64,000 nucleotides of DNA. Source: a virus. The notes beneath the pieces are model-generated. The model had not been told where the DNA came from, searched no databases, and was given only the letters and a program-made list of their open reading frames with translations. Below, one piece after another: positions 9,601-19,217 of the stretch; positions within the stretch are counted from its first letter, which is position 1; each line of letters starts with the position of its first letter. The DNA lies in IMG/VR virus record IMGVR_UViG_3300021519_000006, positions 1-64,000 of that record, one strand, 5' to 3'. Made by a program: the position numbers and the translations under genes.

Positions 9601-10411
9601 GAAACAACTCTGCCAGGGTTAGTGGCAAAAATACCTCCTCGCCGCAAGAAGCGACTTTTTTAATTTCGCTTAGTTGTGGCCCGGGATTACGCTTGGCGAT
9701 TTCGTCAAGAATGTTTCTACGGTCTTTAATGCCAAAATTACGAATCGTATTAGGGTTCATAATTGGGACATCGTTAAGTTCCATTACGCAAGTAGTTAGA
9801 AGCAGAGTATCTAGCTCAGCTGCGTTTTTATCAGAAGAGTTAATGATCTTTGCCTGTGTTTCGCCTGTTGGCAAGAACACTTTGATCTTTCCTGGCTTAA
9901 TGTTCATATAGAACATGCGGTCAGAAATTCGATCATCTAAAGACTTCATTGGAACGTCTTTGTTTAAATCAACAATTAGGTTCTCTGTACCACCGCAGCA
10001 GTTGGCTTCTACGGTAACTTCAGAACCAAAGGTAACTTTTCTAATTGCTAAAAGGAGCATTTCTCGATCTCCCGCTAACAAGTTATTAAGTATGTCCTTA
10101 GTTGCTGGTTTCCCGCCAATAGAAACAGTTGCTCGCTCTAAAATTGCTAATAAAGCTTTTCCTGGATCTGTAATTTTAGCAAGGGCTTCTTCATCTGCGC
10201 CGGTTAGCTCGCGTACTTCAGCAACCGTATCAACAGTTCCTGAGAACCCCTCATAATAACCCGCTGGTAGTTCTACTGTTGTATCAGGAAGTGACGGGAT
10301 GGTAATCTCCATAGGAGCATCCGCCACTTCCTGAACTTCAACATTCATAGCTGCATTAGCTAACTGATTAGCTAACTCTGGATCCATTGCTGCGTTTACT
10401 TTTGTGTCCAT
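9593..10411 (-). CDS. Tail assembly chaperone / T4 gp26-like protein
   Basis: VRELTGADEEAL, GDREMLLLAIRKVTFG; lies between tube and tape measure genes. Confidence 0.75.
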   Translation of the reverse strand: MDTKVNAAMDPELANQLANAAMNVEVQEVADAPMEITIPSLPDTTVELPAGYYEGFSGTVDTVAEVRELTGADEEALAKITDPGKALLAILERATVSIGGKPATKDILNNLLAGDREMLLLAIRKVTFGSEVTVEANCCGGTENLIVDLNKDVPMKSLDDRISDRMFYMNIKPGKIKVFLPTGETQAKIINSSDKNAAELDTLLLTTCVMELNDVPIMNPNTIRNFGIKDRRNILDEIAKRNPGPQLSEIKKVASCGEEVFLPLTLAELFRS

Positions 10412-10435
10412 GTTGTATACCTTTTCTTGTATGTA

Positions 10436-11083
10436 TTAAGCGATTGAAGCTGTTGGAGTGTTTCCAAAATCTGTTGCAGAAGCTTTATAGTCAGTAGCAT
10501 ACGCTGCATCCCAACCTTCATGAACAACAGTCATTTCTTCAACCATGTAAGCGCTTCCGCCTGCATCTAGGCTGCTGTATGAAAGGTTTGTAATCCACGC
10601 GTTGTAGATGCGGAATCGCATAGATACGTGTGGTTCTGCTTCTGCTCCCGCAGTAGCTCCAGTTTCAACACTTAGGCCCTTAGCATTTGGGTGGCTAAGA
10701 ACAGAGATGTCAATGTCGCAACGGAAGTCAGCGCCTACTCCAGCTTTAGCTCCTGAGCTAATAACTGAAAATAAACGACGCATCCAAGTGTACTGTTGAC
10801 CTCCGCCAAGAAGAACTCCTCGGCTAAATGTCACAGGACTGAAAGAAGTTTGTCCTGGGAACTGGTGCATAGTGGTGTTGTAACCACCTTCGCGATAGGC
10901 AATAGATTCTGTAGCAACGGTTAAACCAGAGACAGATGTAAAGCCCATTTTTGCATTGATACCCCAGTCGGCAGCTACGCCGGTTGCTGTATCAATTGTG
11001 GGTAAAAATTCGACTAAAAATCGAAAGTTACGGACTGGATCCGTTTTTAGCGTACTGAGTACGTTTGTAAAGGCTTGAGCCAT
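10436..11083 (-). CDS. Tail tube protein (T4 gp19-like)
   Basis: DPVRNFRFLVE, GFTSVSGL, YREGG, VTFSRG, IYNAW motifs. Confidence 0.95.
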   Translation of the reverse strand: MAQAFTNVLSTLKTDPVRNFRFLVEFLPTIDTATGVAADWGINAKMGFTSVSGLTVATESIAYREGGYNTTMHQFPGQTSFSPVTFSRGVLLGGGQQYTWMRRLFSVISSGAKAGVGADFRCDIDISVLSHPNAKGLSVETGATAGAEAEPHVSMRFRIYNAWITNLSYSSLDAGGSAYMVEEMTVVHEGWDAAYATDYKASATDFGNTPTASIA

Positions 11084-11097
11084 TTTATTCTATCTCC

Positions 11098-12618
11098 TTA
11101 CGCCGAAGCGCTTCCGGTGATCTGCCCGATGCTGATCACAATGAACTCTGCTGGGTATTCAACCGCAACACCAATTTCGATGTTTACTGTACCATTTTGG
11201 ATATCAGTAGCGCTGTTGTTTGAAGCATCGCAGCGAACGTAAAATGCTTCTGAAGGACTATTTCCACGAAGTCCTCCTTGTGACCAATATGCACGAAGGA
11301 AGTTTCCTAGCGACGTACGTAATTGGTTTTGTAGACGTGCATCATTGTTCTCAAAGACAGCAAATGCGCTTCGGTTAGTAAGCTCATTCTTTAAGAAAAT
11401 CATAGAACGTCGCACGTTAATATAACGCTCACCAGGAGTGTTATTAAGAGTACGACCGCCCATAATTACAATTCCTGCGCCAGGCACATTGCGAATTGCG
11501 TTAATTGGGTGTACACGAGAATTAAGAGAATCAAGTTGAGCATTTGTAAGGGTACGCTCAACAGCAACGGCATTAGGTATGCGAGTAGCAAAACCAGCTG
11601 GTGTCTTAAATACTCCACGAGAAGCATCAGTAGCTAAAAATTGTCCAATAGCTGCAGGTCCTGGTGGAAGTAGACGAGTAGCTCCTGAAGCAGCGCTTAA
11701 GCTATCTGGAGAAACAATCCATGGCCAGTAAGTAGCTGTATTGCCACCATCTCCGGCTACAGCTTCGTCAGTAAAAGCTTGTGCTTCGTCTGCGGTAGAT
11801 CCTGCAGGCATATCGATGACAGCAAACGCATCTTCACGAGCTTCACAATAAGAAGCTAGATCTTGTTGGATACCGACCATAACTGTACGGTCTGTGTTAT
11901 CTCCACCAGAAGCAAAAGTATAGGCACCATCTGAGTTGTTCATTACTAGCGGGCTAGTAATTGTGTCAAACGAGTCCAACGCAGCAGAGAAATTAGCTTG
12001 TGAAGGCGAGGCACCTGTTGCGCCTGAACCTAGAGAAACTGTAGCCACAGCTGGTTGCTTGTCCGCTCCTACGGTTGCGTTTTCTAAATTAACTACAGTA
12101 ACGTAGTTTGAGGAAGAGTTAACATATGAAACCACATAACGTGAGTTAGTTGGAGTCATGCTTAGATCGGTAAACTGTTCTAAAATTCCGTTAGAATCAG
12201 AAATAATCATATTAAATGTTGTTGTTGAGGCTGATGTAATTTGTACTGATAGGTCATTACCCCAAGTTCCAGGGCTAGATGCATCAACAACTAATGTAGA
12301 CAAAGGTGTTCCAGCGCGGTCAAGTAAGTCAGCAGTAGCTGCTAGAGCACCGGTACCGGTTACCCGCTTTACGTAAGCCTGACGTCCACCGTTAGCAAAG
12401 AAAGTGTATAGAGCAAAAGTTGACTTGTAAGAATCTGAAAGGGACCCAAAAGTCTTTCCAAATTCATACCAGCTGTTAATCAATACAGGTGCATCTGTAG
12501 GTCCTTTTTCAAAAGAACCAATAAACGCGCCACGAGCCGTTCCATTGTTTGCAGACGCTACCGTCTGCGGTACTGAGACTTCGTTAACGAAGACTCCAGG
12601 TCTACTATATGTAGCCAT
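11098..12618 (-). CDS. Tail sheath protein
   Basis: YSRPGVFVNE, RGVFKTPAG, RYINVRR, VFENND, PAEFIVI motifs. Confidence 0.97.
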   Translation of the reverse strand: MATYSRPGVFVNEVSVPQTVASANNGTARGAFIGSFEKGPTDAPVLINSWYEFGKTFGSLSDSYKSTFALYTFFANGGRQAYVKRVTGTGALAATADLLDRAGTPLSTLVVDASSPGTWGNDLSVQITSASTTTFNMIISDSNGILEQFTDLSMTPTNSRYVVSYVNSSSNYVTVVNLENATVGADKQPAVATVSLGSGATGASPSQANFSAALDSFDTITSPLVMNNSDGAYTFASGGDNTDRTVMVGIQQDLASYCEAREDAFAVIDMPAGSTADEAQAFTDEAVAGDGGNTATYWPWIVSPDSLSAASGATRLLPPGPAAIGQFLATDASRGVFKTPAGFATRIPNAVAVERTLTNAQLDSLNSRVHPINAIRNVPGAGIVIMGGRTLNNTPGERYINVRRSMIFLKNELTNRSAFAVFENNDARLQNQLRTSLGNFLRAYWSQGGLRGNSPSEAFYVRCDASNNSATDIQNGTVNIEIGVAVEYPAEFIVISIGQITGSASA

Positions 12619-12665
12619 TTGTTGTTACTCCTTAGGGTTGGGTTATTTTCTTGGGGTTCCGAGTA

Positions 12666-13295
12666 TTAGATATCTAGTGGCACGAATGGAATAGACTGAT
12701 GATTGAACGTGATCGTTGGTGGGTACAGTACTTCGTACTTTTGTGCAAGAACGGTAGGTAAAACTTCCGCGCTAATTCTAACGCTATATGCGTTAGAAAA
12801 TAAACGTTTTCCGTTGTTATCTGTCGTATCTTTTTTAGTGAATCCGAGAACTTCAAGACGGCGAACCGTCATGTCTTCCGGAATAACAAGTAGGCCAAAG
12901 CGTAATGGCAACCGTTGTCCGGTCAGCATTGCGGCCATAATTTGTCGGTCATGTCTAGGTTGACGTGCCCACGTAACTATTTGATAATCTAAATTAACTG
13001 GGATTGGGTATTCAGTTGCGTATTGAATTTCACCAGATCCGTCTTCATTTATAGACCCTGTGGCTACGCCTTCTGGGTAATAAGGCAAGTCAATGTTTCC
13101 ACGGTGAGCTCTGTCAGTAGCTTCTGAATAGCCAATAAAATCAATAGTAATGTATGGAAAAGACTGTTGACGAATTTCAAGGTCTGGTTGACCAAACCAC
13201 ACTCCCACGGGACGAGCTGGATTTCCACTATCTGAAACAGTAATGCCTGTTAAAGAAGTCTTGAGGGCTTTATCCTCATTAATAATAATAGGCAT
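12666..13295 (-). CDS. Tail terminator / completion protein
   Basis: FPYITID and PIPVNLDYQI motifs; directly upstream of the sheath gene. Confidence 0.7.
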   Translation of the reverse strand: MPIIINEDKALKTSLTGITVSDSGNPARPVGVWFGQPDLEIRQQSFPYITIDFIGYSEATDRAHRGNIDLPYYPEGVATGSINEDGSGEIQYATEYPIPVNLDYQIVTWARQPRHDRQIMAAMLTGQRLPLRFGLLVIPEDMTVRRLEVLGFTKKDTTDNNGKRLFSNAYSVRISAEVLPTVLAQKYEVLYPPTITFNHQSIPFVPLDI

Positions 13296-13621
13296 TAGAT
13301 GAGCCCCGCATTCTTTAAGCTTTTAGATAATCCAGCTTCAAAGTGTTGCTCATTAATTTTTGTTTTTAGGAACGTAGAAATCACAGGGCTTGGGGGAGTG
13401 TCCTGAGTTCCGTACTCAAGGTTATTTACATCTTCCTGTATGTCGGAAGGGAAAGAGACGGTATATACACCGTCATTTTGTTTAATGTAAAGGTTGTACA
13501 CGACACGATCTGGCCAGCCCATTGATAGGGCGTATTGACGCAGTTCAGCTGTTAAAAGAGGAGCTTCGTGCTCTGCTGCTTCTTTACCGGCATTACCTAA
13601 TAGGATATCAGCTAGGCTCAT
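13295..13621 (-). CDS. Hypothetical neck-region protein
   Basis: LEYGT motif typical of neck/tail-completion proteins; coupled ORF. Confidence 0.55.
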   Translation of the reverse strand: MSLADILLGNAGKEAAEHEAPLLTAELRQYALSMGWPDRVVYNLYIKQNDGVYTVSFPSDIQEDVNNLEYGTQDTPPSPVISTFLKTKINEQHFEAGLSKSLKNAGLI

Positions 13622-13782
13622 TTAGACCTCGTGATGAGTTTAGCTGCTAGACCGCCTGCAATCAAACCGCCAGCAAAAGACTTGGCGTTGAATTTGTCTA
13701 CACCTAAAACACCACGAAGAAATTGCTCACGGTCGGCTTCAGTTTCAAGCCTAGTGAGTCTATCTATGAGGTAAATAGCCAT
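13618..13782 (-). CDS. Small hypothetical protein (54 aa)
   Basis: Not in track; AGGAGG RBS; MAIYLIDRLTRLETEADREQFLRGVLGVDKFNAKSFAGGLIAGGLAAKLITRSK; ATGA overlap with next gene. Confidence 0.75.
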   Translation of the reverse strand: MAIYLIDRLTRLETEADREQFLRGVLGVDKFNAKSFAGGLIAGGLAAKLITRSK

Positions 13783-13856
13783 AATGATCCTCCTGAGAGG
13801 TAGGGGTTAAGCTGCAGGGTTCCGGATTGCTCCGGCGTCAAAAACAAGAATAAACG

Positions 13857-13878
13857 AAAAAACCCCCTTTCGGGGGCT
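13857..13878 (-). terminator. Intrinsic terminator
   Basis: Minus strand GCCCCC-GAAA-GGGGGT followed by T run. Confidence 0.85.
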
Positions 13879-13883
13879 AATCG

Positions 13884-14024
13884 TTACTTCTTTTTCTTTG
13901 CTTTACATGCTTTGCAAGTACCGCAGGTACAAGCCTTTTTCTTATCAAACTTCTTATTAGCCTTAGCTAGGGTCTTTTGACCGTGCTTATTCTTAGGCAT
14001 TCCGCAGCCGCAGGTAGCACACAT
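13884..14024 (-). CDS. Cys/Lys-rich metallothionein-like peptide (46 aa)
   Basis: Not in track; AAGGAGA RBS; MCATCGCGMPKNKHGQKTLAKANKKFDKKKACTCGTCKACKAKKKK; followed by terminator. Confidence 0.8.
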   Translation of the reverse strand: MCATCGCGMPKNKHGQKTLAKANKKFDKKKACTCGTCKACKAKKKK

Positions 14025-14033
14025 TATTTCTCC

Positions 14034-14648
14034 TTAGATAGTTGGTGGGGTGCCCTCACGGAATTCACCAAACGCATATACGCCGCGATTTCCGAAAGAG
14101 GTGTAGTTAGCATAGGCACTAAATTGTGGGTCATTAACCAGTTCTTCTGGGTTAACTTGGACACATTGAATGCCAAAAAGTGTGTAATCGTTTGTAATAA
14201 TTCCTTTAGGCAAGATCTGTTGGGGCCTAAACACTTGATTTTTAAATACAATGCGGTCACGCAAATACGCATCCGGGTTGGAGGGCAAATACTTAAGCTC
14301 AGGAATAGGCAGAGCATCCCCACCAGATAAGCTAGAGCCGTCAATAACGTCCATGTTAATAGTTAAATCTAAAACGTCGGTGTTGTAAAGACCCATCTCA
14401 CTTTGCATAGTTACGCCTTGAGTAAGGGTTGCATTAATAACACTGATATGTTTTGGCCCATCCCATATACGTCCGCCGCTACTATGTCCAACGTCGTAGA
14501 TATCATCTACTGTAGTTAAGTCAGAGCGATATAGCCACCACTCAATTTGGTAACCAACCATACGTACAACTTCTCGGGTAGTACCGCCGATTATAGATTG
14601 GCGTTCATGGTTAATGCTAAATCGCCCCTCAGGGTATTCGCCGCGCAT
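14034..14648 (-). CDS. Head closure / neck protein (putative)
   Basis: DDIYD and RDRIVFKNQVF motifs; position between fibre and tail genes. Confidence 0.6.
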   Translation of the reverse strand: MRGEYPEGRFSINHERQSIIGGTTREVVRMVGYQIEWWLYRSDLTTVDDIYDVGHSSGGRIWDGPKHISVINATLTQGVTMQSEMGLYNTDVLDLTINMDVIDGSSLSGGDALPIPELKYLPSNPDAYLRDRIVFKNQVFRPQQILPKGIITNDYTLFGIQCVQVNPEELVNDPQFSAYANYTSFGNRGVYAFGEFREGTPPTI

Positions 14649-14650
14649 GA

Positions 14651-14872
14651 TTATTCCTCTTCTGAAGGGGTAAACTTGCCTGTTACTGGATCATAAGACG
14701 CACCTACATATGCGTTATTAGCAACGTCGTCTACTAGATCAGTTACGTCAAGAATTAAAGGCTCACTTAAAAATATAGCGGCTAAACGATTATCGGTATG
14801 CAGGATATCAACAACTTTGCCATCCAACACAAACGCTACCTTGATAGGTGGTAGCTCTTGGTTATTTGTCAT
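14651..14872 (-). CDS. Hypothetical protein
   Basis: Start at MTNNQ with GGAGG RBS and TAATG overlap. Confidence 0.7.
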   Translation of the reverse strand: MTNNQELPPIKVAFVLDGKVVDILHTDNRLAAIFLSEPLILDVTDLVDDVANNAYVGASYDPVTGKFTPSEEE

Positions 14873-15111
14873 TAAATTTCCTCCTTGTAAGAAATGTCTA
14901 CAGCTTCCCATTTATGCAATGGGCATGCTGCGTTTGGAAGCTTAGACTTCAACTTCATAATACATCCACACTCTTTACATTGAGTAGTAGCTGAAATAAA
15001 TTTATCACAGCCCCTACAAATAGCCAAACGTTCTTGAGCAATATCTGTTTCTACTCTGCCGATGTTTTTATTGAATAGGTCCCAGGGACGTGCGGGTCTG
15101 TTTTCAGTCAT
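14872..15111 (-). CDS. Small Cys-rich protein (DUF6171-like)
   Basis: RLAICRGC...QCKECGC...ACPLHKW pattern. Confidence 0.7.
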   Translation of the reverse strand: MTENRPARPWDLFNKNIGRVETDIAQERLAICRGCDKFISATTQCKECGCIMKLKSKLPNAACPLHKWEAVDISYKEEI

Positions 15112-15120
15112 ATTATTCTC

Positions 15121-16887
15121 CTAGATAGTGGCCAAGAAGTTGTCTAATGTAGACCCTTGGCTTCCTGTAGACGGTGCCTTAATTATACCCACAGAGGTTC
15201 CCTTAGTTGGGCTTGCAGGTGTGAGTACTAGATTACTACCTAGTTGGGTAGTAAGTCCAGCCCCAGAATAAGCTTTGGCGGTAATAGTGTCATTAAAGGT
15301 GCTTACGTACACGGAGCCAATAGTTGTGTACCCTGAATAACTGCTTGAAATAGTAGATGATGCTTGAGAAACTACTGTTCCTGAAACTGAGCTTGCAATT
15401 ACAAACCTAGTTGTATAAGTAGTCAAAGAGGAGTTTCCTGTATAGCAAGAGCGGTTAGTAACCGTACTTGTGCTTGTGTAACAGCTTCCAGTTATAGCTG
15501 AAGTAGTGGTAGACGTGTAACAAGAGTAGGTAGTTGGGTAAGTGTAAGAGTTGGTTGCGGTATAGCAAAAGTAGTTATTAACAATAGGCGTAGTTCCTGA
15601 AGTAGTGCCACAGCTATACGACGTGGTTGCAGTTCCGCAAGCGCTATCTGCGTAATATAAACCTGTAGCCGTTCCTGTTGCGCAAGTGGTGCGAGTTCCT
15701 TCAGAAGATCCATAACAAGAGTATGCGCTTCCGCAACCACTTGCTGATCCAGTTTGTCCAGTATTACAGTAGCTGCAGAGAGATCCAGATGTTTGGTAGG
15801 GTGAGGGGCAAGCCCAAGAACACGCAACGCCGGTACCTGTTGAATTACAATCACCCACTGTAGTACAGGTACTCACGTAGTACGGAGCCGCAACGTCCGT
15901 TGAGTTACAAAATCTACCGGTAACTTCTCTTGGTGTGTAGTTAGCTGAACCTAAGTACTTACAAGTATAGCCGCCGCTGAGTGGACCATCAAAAGCGTGT
16001 AAATTTTCATAGGAAAATGTTGATGTAGGTGTGTTGCAACATCCTTTACCCGCACAACTTGAGTCTGTGCCGCAAGGTACGGAACCTGTACAAGTTGCTA
16101 CACCACCACTTGGGTTATTTCCAACACCGCTGCAACACCCCATACCCGCACAACTTGAGTCTTGGCCGCAAGATATGGAGCTGGCGTTACAAACATAATA
16201 ATTTCCACCGCCACCGGTAGTTACTCCAGAACAACATGATCCCGATGGTGGGTTACTGTTGTTAGTAACTTGTCCAGCATTACAAGTAACTACTCCACCG
16301 CTATAAGAAACTCCGCTACAACAACCTGACGGGGTACAGCCTGAGCCCGCACAAGTTGCTCCGCCTTGATTACAGGGGTAAGTATAAGAAGTTGAAACTC
16401 CGCTACAACAACTAGCGCTTGGAGTACAACCTGAGCCAGTACAAGTTGCCTGACTCTGATCGCACGTATACGAAGTACTAGAGGTATACTGAGGATAGCT
16501 AGCCCACCAAGATCCAGAGTCTGTAACCCAAAAAGCTACGCCAGTTCCACCAGTAGTGTCAGCTTGTATTTTTACGTCTGAATTACCAAAGTTAATAGAA
16601 GCTATTGGGTAGGTAGATGCCGAGTCATCACTAAGAGCATTGTTAGATCCACCTATACGCCAGTTGCCACGAAGAGCTGTCCATATTTGTCCGGTGTCTG
16701 AAGTTCCTAAACCAGATATAGTTGTTCCGCGAGTAAAAGCATCTTGTATCTTTGAAGCAAACCATTGTTTCCAAACACCGCCAACGTTGACAAATGCGGA
16801 CGTGGCTGTACGCCATGTGCCCGCTACTTTTACTGAAAGCCCAGCTGCAGTCTTCCAGGAACCACCAACCTTGACTTGACCTGGCAT
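15121..16887 (-). CDS. Cys-rich repeat virion/fibre protein
   Basis: VKVGGSWK/VKVAGTWR/VNVGGVWK N-terminal repeats and a central Cys/Gly/Ser/Thr repeat block. Confidence 0.7.
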   Translation of the reverse strand: MPGQVKVGGSWKTAAGLSVKVAGTWRTATSAFVNVGGVWKQWFASKIQDAFTRGTTISGLGTSDTGQIWTALRGNWRIGGSNNALSDDSASTYPIASINFGNSDVKIQADTTGGTGVAFWVTDSGSWWASYPQYTSSTSYTCDQSQATCTGSGCTPSASCCSGVSTSYTYPCNQGGATCAGSGCTPSGCCSGVSYSGGVVTCNAGQVTNNSNPPSGSCCSGVTTGGGGNYYVCNASSISCGQDSSCAGMGCCSGVGNNPSGGVATCTGSVPCGTDSSCAGKGCCNTPTSTFSYENLHAFDGPLSGGYTCKYLGSANYTPREVTGRFCNSTDVAAPYYVSTCTTVGDCNSTGTGVACSWACPSPYQTSGSLCSYCNTGQTGSASGCGSAYSCYGSSEGTRTTCATGTATGLYYADSACGTATTSYSCGTTSGTTPIVNNYFCYTATNSYTYPTTYSCYTSTTTSAITGSCYTSTSTVTNRSCYTGNSSLTTYTTRFVIASSVSGTVVSQASSTISSSYSGYTTIGSVYVSTFNDTITAKAYSGAGLTTQLGSNLVLTPASPTKGTSVGIIKAPSTGSQGSTLDNFLATI

Positions 16888-17117
16888 TAGATATACTTAA
16901 CCCAGATATCCCCGTCAGAACCACCGGATGGATCGCTAGTGCTTGTGTAAATATTACGAACAACGCCAGCTGATGTTGAGGCGGTTGTTACAACACCGTT
17001 GGTCTTATCTACTGCGCCAATAGCGGTTGTAGTAATACCAAGAGATGCAGGGTTTAGTTGCGGGGTACCAAAGGAATCCCAAGAAGATGTACCAGCGTTA
17101 TATTTTTTAACTCCCAT
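16887..17117 (-). CDS. Small fibre-associated protein
   Basis: STSDPSGGSDGDIWVKY motif common in phage fibres. Confidence 0.65.
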   Translation of the reverse strand: MGVKKYNAGTSSWDSFGTPQLNPASLGITTTAIGAVDKTNGVVTTASTSAGVVRNIYTSTSDPSGGSDGDIWVKYI

Positions 17118-17686
17118 TAGTTAACTCCATACACTAGGGCCGTACCACCGGAGAAAGTACCGGTAGATAAAGAGATAGTAATTTTAGATAGCGCCGTAGT
17201 TTGGGTATAAATACCTATTGAGTTAATAGTTGTTACTACGTTAGATGCATTTGTGTAAACGCCTTGTAGGGATCCCCACTCAAAGCTTGCTGTGTCTTGA
17301 GTATCCAATAGATCTAAAACCATGTGGTTAGTTGTTACCCCAGCTTTAAAGCTTGCAAGAGAAAACAAGGATGTTCCAGAAGCATAGTTAGTGACATCGT
17401 CGTTAACTGTAATTTTAACTGTGGCGTCTATTGAGGGGCGAACTCCACGGAATACGACGCGCATATTTTTGTAAAGAGATAAAACAGAGATGTCTGTCGA
17501 CGCACCGCTTAGCGTTGTGGTAACAAGAAGGTTTTGACCTGCGTTGTTAAGCACGTCTGCGTCCATCCAAATGTCGCCGTCAGTAGGCGTAGTTGGTGAT
17601 GCCGCCCCAATAAAGAAGCGTTTACCTGCCTGTACGTCAGTAAATTGAATAGGGCCAGCTGGCTGGCCATCGTTAGTTATAGCCAT
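17117..17686 (-). CDS. Fibre-associated protein
   Basis: PTTPTDGDIW motif and GGTALVYG C-terminus. Confidence 0.65.
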   Translation of the reverse strand: MAITNDGQPAGPIQFTDVQAGKRFFIGAASPTTPTDGDIWMDADVLNNAGQNLLVTTTLSGASTDISVLSLYKNMRVVFRGVRPSIDATVKITVNDDVTNYASGTSLFSLASFKAGVTTNHMVLDLLDTQDTASFEWGSLQGVYTNASNVVTTINSIGIYTQTTALSKITISLSTGTFSGGTALVYGVN

Positions 17687-17693
17687 CTGAAAC

Positions 17694-18035
17694 CTACGCT
17701 ACTATCTCTGAGCCGAAAGCCTGAAATGTTAAGTTAGCTGTAGAAACCTGTGAGACAGTAATTACATCTGTGCTAGCCAAAGTAATACCAAAAGTAATGC
17801 CTGTAGTTGTATTTGCAGGCACGGTTGCATCGTAGGAAAGGTATTGGCTTGTCGCTAATGGTGCTGCCGCTTTGCGTAGGGCAATACGGTATGTAGCAGA
17901 GGCTGAGCCGCGGTTACACACGGAAATAGTAGAAACTACTGCGGAGCTTCCTGCAGTGACCGCATATAAGGTCTCTCCAGCATTAGATGCAGCAGCTGCT
18001 AGCTGTCCAAGTACTTTATAAGTTGTTGTGGCCAC
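17694..18035 (-). CDS. Small virion structural protein
   Basis: YKVLGQ...VVSTISVCN...FQAFGSEI, a beta-sandwich pattern seen in aquatic phages. Confidence 0.65.
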   Translation of the reverse strand: MATTTYKVLGQLAAAASNAGETLYAVTAGSSAVVSTISVCNRGSASATYRIALRKAAAPLATSQYLSYDATVPANTTTGITFGITLASTDVITVSQVSTANLTFQAFGSEIVA

Positions 18036-19095
18036 GTAGGCTCTCCTCTGAATAGAACGTTAAGTTGCTTGCGAGTCGGGGGTCGCTTGGATTCAATTCT
18101 ACCGCTTTACTTCCGTATTGTAGGGCTTTCTCGAAATTTCCTAACCTGAACGCAGCAATTGCTGCGTAATCCCATGGAGCTGATCCCCAGGCCAACTCTT
18201 CGCATAGATACTCCAAGGGTTTATCTACTATACCTATAGCTTGTTCAGCAGCCTCAAGGCAAGCAGTCCACATCTTGTTTTCATAATAAACCTTAGCAAT
18301 ATCAACATACCCTTCCCGTCTATCGGGAGCTTCGGCACACGCCCTAGCAAACCAAGTTATTGCATCTTGATAGTCAGCCTGTAGCTTAGCTATATACCGC
18401 ATAGATGCAGCTCGTTCTGGCTTCCACACAGCTTTAGGTAAAGATAAGTGTCTTTTAAACTCTGCCTCAGCCTCTTCATATTGGCCGTAAAAAAACAACT
18501 CTCGTGCATAGTAAAACGCATTTCTATCATCATTGGGATCTTCTTTGACAGATTGTGCAAGTAAAGGCATGTAACTTGAACGAGATTTAGAGTTGTCTGC
18601 GTGGTGGTGTATTTGTAGCTTAGTCCATCCCTGAGTCTCATCAATACGGTCCGTGACCATTACTTCGTGTACTGGATGCTTCCATCGGTACCCGTGACGA
18701 GAGTGAATCTTATCTCCGCCGTATTGAAGGCCAGGGGTTCCGTCTTCTTTCCAATTCCAAGTGTATTGATACCTAGGTCTTGTCCACTTTTCAACGTGGG
18801 CTTTTTCTAATTCTTCACGCCAACCGGGAAGTAATACTTCATCCATATCTAAAGCAATGCAATAATCAACGTCATCTGGGATAAAGGCAAGAGATGCGTT
18901 GCGGGCGTCATCAAAACGCCAAGGTTTAATAGATATCCCAACACAAACAATTCCAAGTTCTTCAGCTATTTTCCGGGTGTTATCGGTAGATCCCGTATCG
19001 GCTATAAGAAGATAATCCGCCTCTTTAGCAGAGTCATACCAGGGCTTAACGAATTGTTCTTCATTTAACGCTATTGTGTAAACAGCTACTTTCAT
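18016..19095 (-). CDS. Glycosyltransferase family 2 with TPR repeats
   Basis: VYTIALNEEQF, DTGSTD, FDDARN, DMDE (DxD); helical TPR C-terminus. Confidence 0.92.
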   Translation of the reverse strand: MKVAVYTIALNEEQFVKPWYDSAKEADYLLIADTGSTDNTRKIAEELGIVCVGISIKPWRFDDARNASLAFIPDDVDYCIALDMDEVLLPGWREELEKAHVEKWTRPRYQYTWNWKEDGTPGLQYGGDKIHSRHGYRWKHPVHEVMVTDRIDETQGWTKLQIHHHADNSKSRSSYMPLLAQSVKEDPNDDRNAFYYARELFFYGQYEEAEAEFKRHLSLPKAVWKPERAASMRYIAKLQADYQDAITWFARACAEAPDRREGYVDIAKVYYENKMWTACLEAAEQAIGIVDKPLEYLCEELAWGSAPWDYAAIAAFRLGNFEKALQYGSKAVELNPSDPRLASNLTFYSEESLRGHNNL

Positions 19096-19106
19096 GATGC
19101 TCCGAT

Positions 19107-19217
19107 TTATTCAGGGTAAGTTGTTTCGTATCCTATCACCGTACCGTTTTTGTCTTTAATTTCAAAAGTTTCTGAACCGTCTTCTGCAACACCCAAACTA
19201 GTTTTTAACTCGCTCAT
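19107..19217 (-). CDS. Small hypothetical protein (36 aa)
   Basis: Not in track; [36 protein letters not shown]; ATGA overlap. Confidence 0.6.
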   Translation of the reverse strand: MSELKTSLGVAEDGSETFEIKDKNGTVIGYETTYPE

